Part shown: positions 60,001-64,000 of the stretch, piece by piece
How positions within the stretch are numbered: position 1 is the first letter of the stretch
How the letters are laid out: each line of letters begins with the position of its first letter
Position numbers and translations under genes: made by a program
From: Albugo candida
Lineage: Eukaryota
Direction of reading: 5' to 3'
DNA: 64,000 bases
Assembly: GCA_040437565.1 (NCBI GenBank)
Contig: JBDOQK010000062.1
Span: 62,001 to 126,000, forward strand
The notes under the pieces: model-generated
The model's database searches: none
Seen by the model: the letters and a program-made list of their open reading frames with translations, nothing else
Told to the model about the DNA's origin: nothing

Positions 60001-60699
60001 ATGAAGCTACATCACGTGACCGTCGATGTCAACAATGATGCTTGCAGTTCATCCACACAGGTGCAGTTGCTCTTCGAATGCGATTGGAGTGTGGGTATCG
60101 GAGGTTCTGTATGGACCAGCGGCGAAATTCTCACGTCATACTTTAAAAGGCATCGTGAGCACCTCGATACACTTTTCCACGGAAAACGGGTTGTGGAGCT
60201 TGGAAGCGGTACTGGGATTGTCGGGCTTACGTGTGCTGCATGCTTTCAGCCATCTCAAGTCATATTGACAGATTTATCTTCTCAGTTGGATTGCCTGCGC
60301 AATAATGTGACTCGAAACCAAGATAAGATCTCGGGCATCTCTGTGGCTGAACTAGCCTGGGGGGATGAAGAGCACATCGACGCCGTTATAGCACAAATGA
60401 ACGTGGATTCCAGCACTTGTAAGCCATTTCAAGTCGACGTTATCTTGGGAACTGATGTAGCGTACTTGGAAGAAGCTTACGTGCCTTTATCATCGACCTT
60501 GAATCGTTTAGCACAAGCGCACACGTTGATCTTACTCGTGATCAATCGCATGGACACCAAACTCGAGTTTTTCGGTCTCCTCGAGGGTTTTGGATTCAGC
60601 TACTACAAAGTCTCCGATCGTTACCTACCGAGCGAATGCCGAGGAAAAGATTACGCGATTTTTGAAATCAAAAGGATCCAAGGTTTTGAGTCAAGCTAA
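60001..60699 (+). CDS. METTL21/Methyltransf_16-family protein lysine methyltransferase
   Basis: Motifs GGSVW, VVELGSGTGIVG, ILTD, LAWG and ILGTDVAY (DxxY). Confidence 0.87.
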   Translation: MKLHHVTVDVNNDACSSSTQVQLLFECDWSVGIGGSVWTSGEILTSYFKRHREHLDTLFHGKRVVELGSGTGIVGLTCAACFQPSQVILTDLSSQLDCLRNNVTRNQDKISGISVAELAWGDEEHIDAVIAQMNVDSSTCKPFQVDVILGTDVAYLEEAYVPLSSTLNRLAQAHTLILLVINRMDTKLEFFGLLEGFGFSYYKVSDRYLPSECRGKDYAIFEIKRIQGFESS

Positions 60700-60746
60700 G
60701 GACGTGTTTTAAAGACATTAAATGAATTACACGGCTAATATGAACC

Positions 60747-62225
60747 TCATCTACTCTCCTCCAGCAGGATGACGATATCATTGACAAGCTCCGTCGGCAA
60801 AATATTGCTCGCGTATCGCTCACGAACACGCCCTGTCGAATCGACCAGAAACTTTGTGAAATTCCACTCGGTAAAACAACCTAGCGGCCCAGGACATTCT
60901 CTATTAAGATGAATAAAGACAGGGCGAGCATACGGGCCATTCACATCCTGAAGCTGCATGAGAGGGAAGCAAACTTCGTATTCTTTGCAAGCCTGTACAA
61001 TTTCCTCGATATTTCCATACTCGAAATCTTTGCCAAATTGTCGGCAAGGGAATGCAATAATCTGAAAATTCTCATCTTGATATTGTAACGCCAATTCGAC
61101 GAGTCCTCGAAATTGAACCAAAGCCTGTGGATCTCGTGTGGCCACATTCACCAAAAGTAGTACTTTACCAGAGAATTGCTTCATTCCGATGTAATTCCCA
61201 ATTGCGTCATACTCTTCCAAATCGTATAAAGCGTTTTTTGTATCACTTTGTGCCGGTTTTGTAGAGTCTTTGGCTAGAGGATGAACTTCCTGGTACCTTG
61301 CACCGCATTGCAATATGGAAAGCATCCATGCATCTTGTAATGCCTTCCTGACAAAATCCACTTGCTCCACTTGCACAGCCTTGTGACCCTCCCACCGCGA
61401 CAATTTGATGCCGTGATACAAAGCCGTGCCCCTGGAGGACGGGGTGGAATACTGCGCGATCGTTCCCTGATCGAGCTTGAGGTACCCTGTATTCTTTCGA
61501 GCTAAATCAGATGCAAAGAAGAAAAGTGCATGATATCTTGTCTGATTCACCACAGCATAACATTTTTTTTCGGCGCGTGATGCTCCACAGGTAACTACTT
61601 TATAAAGCACATCGACAACAGGTCCGTAAGACGATACTCTGAAAAGGAATCCTGCACGAGTAGCACCATCGCAAACTTTCCACACTGAAGTCGGTGTCGA
61701 ATGAGTCGGCAACTCGACCCGTTCTGTACTCATTTTTTCTTTCTTCATCAATGGTACTGGGGTCATCAGCTCATAATACTCGCTCTGCACGACAATCGGA
61801 AGATTGTCGTGTTCCGTGCTGAGCTTTTCTTCGTGAATGGGAGTGATCATTCCACTGAGCAATAACGCTTCCGAAATTTGCAACGCCGCATCTGTTCGAC
61901 TCCCTGTTGGTTCTATACGACTTAGGTAGTCCTCGACTGCTTTGTATATCGCCTCTCCTTTAGCACAAGGGCCTACTGCATGTCGATGCCTCCACGCCGG
62001 ACTGGAGAATACTTTTTGTCTGATTTTAGGTGTTGTAAGTATGTACATACAAACTGCATCCGCCTGAAGCTTTAACGTCGCTGGAAGAAGACGGTATTGT
62101 CGCAATCGTTCGAATACTCTTCCTCGCACAGCATCATCCAGCAACTGATACTGTTGCGAATTTAGTTCGCTTGAATGCACTCTTCCCGATTCACTTTCAT
62201 TGGTGTCAACACTTTCGCCTCCCAT
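60747..62225 (-). CDS. DEP-like + PH-like + glutathione-peroxidase-fold fusion protein
   Basis: Single ORF. C-terminal GKVLLLVNVAT, IIAFPCRQFG and WNFTKFLVD. N-terminal region has a DEP-like segment (AALQISEALLLSGMITPI) and a PH-like segment (AGFLFR...DAWMLSI). Confidence 0.78.
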   Translation of the reverse strand: MGGESVDTNESESGRVHSSELNSQQYQLLDDAVRGRVFERLRQYRLLPATLKLQADAVCMYILTTPKIRQKVFSSPAWRHRHAVGPCAKGEAIYKAVEDYLSRIEPTGSRTDAALQISEALLLSGMITPIHEEKLSTEHDNLPIVVQSEYYELMTPVPLMKKEKMSTERVELPTHSTPTSVWKVCDGATRAGFLFRVSSYGPVVDVLYKVVTCGASRAEKKCYAVVNQTRYHALFFFASDLARKNTGYLKLDQGTIAQYSTPSSRGTALYHGIKLSRWEGHKAVQVEQVDFVRKALQDAWMLSILQCGARYQEVHPLAKDSTKPAQSDTKNALYDLEEYDAIGNYIGMKQFSGKVLLLVNVATRDPQALVQFRGLVELALQYQDENFQIIAFPCRQFGKDFEYGNIEEIVQACKEYEVCFPLMQLQDVNGPYARPVFIHLNRECPGPLGCFTEWNFTKFLVDSTGRVRERYASNILPTELVNDIVILLEESR

Positions 62226-62607
62226 GTGTACTGATACAATAAAATGTATGGGAAATTCCTCAAGCTTCCGGCAGTTGGCATCCAATCGATCGGTCGTCCA
62301 TTTTTCACAGTTGAGCGGGTTACTTAGTTACGTGGTCGGTTATGCAGTTGCGCATGTAATCTGCCAATGAACGGTCGACTTCGGGTGACTCAGTTATGAA
62401 TACGGTTATACATGTATACTTGTAACCTGCCCAATGAACGGTGACCACATCATGAGTTGTTGAGGACTGCCATCTGTACCCCTCATAACCTCCCAAACTA
62501 CGCATAACTCTGTCAGCATCTACGATGCGATCGTAATCTTTCTACTGTGTATGATTCCGAGCGCTATATGAGTCATTTTCGATTTCACTCGGCGTTTTGT
62601 GAACGGT

Positions 62608-64000
62608 ATGTCGTCTCTGTTCCAAGTGGGAAATAATGTCGAGCTATGGCGCGTCTTGATGATGCTGTCATTTCTAGTGTTTTGTGTGATCATATTGGAG
62701 CAGATTTTGCATTACCTCGAACGTCGACTGAATCATAAAGAAAAGTATAATGAGATGCTGCGAAAGGTTTATCGGGAACTGATGGTGCTGGGGCTCATTG
62801 GGCTGTCCGTCAAGCTCTTAAAGGAGATGATTCATTTTGCAGAGCACTCACTGACATTTATCGCCTTCGAGGTCGCCGATATGATGATTTTTATATTAGC
62901 ATTAGCGCTTGTATTTCAGTCACTTTGTATCTATCTCTGGCTGCGTAAGGAAGATCAACGGCTCGGGTACAACGAAGTATTGACCGCGCAAGATTTACTG
63001 GAACTCATCAAAGCAAAAAATGAGCAAAAAACTGGAACTAAATTACCCGGTGGAAAGTCATGGTGGCCTTGCGGAAAAAAGCCTCGAGTCGTCACTGAGT
63101 CACAATTAACAGAAATAGTGGAAATGCGGACATTACGCCATTTTTTCCTGACAACGTATCAACTTCCGCAGATTTTCCCGTTTTCCAGCTATCTCAAACA
63201 CGCTCAAGATAACAAGATCGCATTTATGATTGATGTAGACGTATCGACATGGATTCTGCTGTTATTCTTGTTATTTTGTCTTGATGCCGTTGCCAAGCTC
63301 TTCCAAGATGTCAAGAAGGAATTAGAACCGGGTTCCATTCTTCGCACATTTTCGATTCTAGCGTGGTTACTGTTCATCTTTCACGTATTAGTCGCTACGT
63401 TTCTAGCCAATCTACTGAATAAAATCGTTGAAGAAGCTGGCTACGATTCAAAGAAAAAAGAAAAGGAATGGCTTGTGAATCTTGCTCAATTAGAGCGATT
63501 GCACCAAACCGACGAAACTGATGCATCCAAAGTCATTGATGTAATGCGTCATGTGGAAGAAGAGCAGGAGCGGATTGATGAAAAGGATAAAAAATACGAC
63601 TCCAAGTGTCACGACAGTGGCATTCAACTGATCTATCGATGTATACATGGTCATCATAAAATGGAAAATAGGTCCAGAAGTTGCGATGCAGACGCCGAGG
63701 ATCTCGCCCCTCGACCCAGCTTGCGTCTAGCAGGCTTCAATGTGCGTATTTGGGAGCTACTAGTTCGACTTTTGCTCATGTTTAATGGATTCTACCTGGC
63801 TCTATTCTTCGAATGTATCCTGTACCAGTTCAATGATATCAAACAATCAATCGTGATTGCGCTGGCGCTTTTCCCGCTACCACTACTGATAAATATGGTT
63901 TTCCTTCAGCCTCGAATTTTCCGCAACTTCATGTTCGTGTCCAGCGTATTCTCCGTGGACGTCTCAGCTTTAAGCGAGACAATTGCTCAATTTACAGCCA
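62608..64000 (+). CDS. MLO-like multi-pass membrane protein (3'-partial, absent from the ORF track)
   Basis: Frame is open from ATG 62608 to the window end. MLO-type motifs LEQILHYL, KVYRELMVLGLIG, IFILA, LRHFF...FPFSSYL...W and LLLMFNGFYLALFF. Confidence 0.8.
   Translation, partial: MSSLFQVGNNVELWRVLMMLSFLVFCVIILEQILHYLERRLNHKEKYNEMLRKVYRELMVLGLIGLSVKLLKEMIHFAEHSLTFIAFEVADMMIFILALALVFQSLCIYLWLRKEDQRLGYNEVLTAQDLLELIKAKNEQKTGTKLPGGKSWWPCGKKPRVVTESQLTEIVEMRTLRHFFLTTYQLPQIFPFSSYLKHAQDNKIAFMIDVDVSTWILLLFLLFCLDAVAKLFQDVKKELEPGSILRTFSILAWLLFIFHVLVATFLANLLNKIVEEAGYDSKKKEKEWLVNLAQLERLHQTDETDASKVIDVMRHVEEEQERIDEKDKKYDSKCHDSGIQLIYRCIHGHHKMENRSRSCDADAEDLAPRPSLRLAGFNVRIWELLVRLLLMFNGFYLALFFECILYQFNDIKQSIVIALALFPLPLLINMVFLQPRIFRNFMFVSSVFSVDVSALSETIAQFTA

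Overview
This is a gene-dense eukaryotic window with short (~50-60 nt) spliceosomal introns. The gene content points to an oomycete, probably Albugo-like; that is an inference from a GH6 cellulase, an oomycete-type C/H-finger protein, DEP-PH and MLO-like proteins, and flagellar genes. About 30 protein-coding genes can be supported, including two the ORF track misses (LSm2, and an MLO-like protein that runs off the right edge). There are ten 100-N scaffold gaps: nine are flanked by a duplicated overlap and one lies inside a satellite, so the apparent duplications at 23-27.7 kb, 39 kb and 49 kb are most likely assembly artefacts. The most notable observations are: (1) a Frizzled-like cysteine-rich domain spliced onto a NIPA-type Mg2+ transporter; (2) a 61-bp satellite that appears to derive from the adjacent coiled-coil gene, in a block flanked by a 9-bp direct repeat; (3) a ~190-bp imperfect inverted repeat that may be an antisense exon copy inside an intron; (4) a DEP-PH protein fused to a glutathione-peroxidase fold lacking its catalytic Cys; (5) the MLO-like gene; (6) a secreted-protein ORF broken by one in-frame stop. 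I recognised no rRNA, tRNA or CRISPR array. Exon boundaries were read by eye and are approximate.
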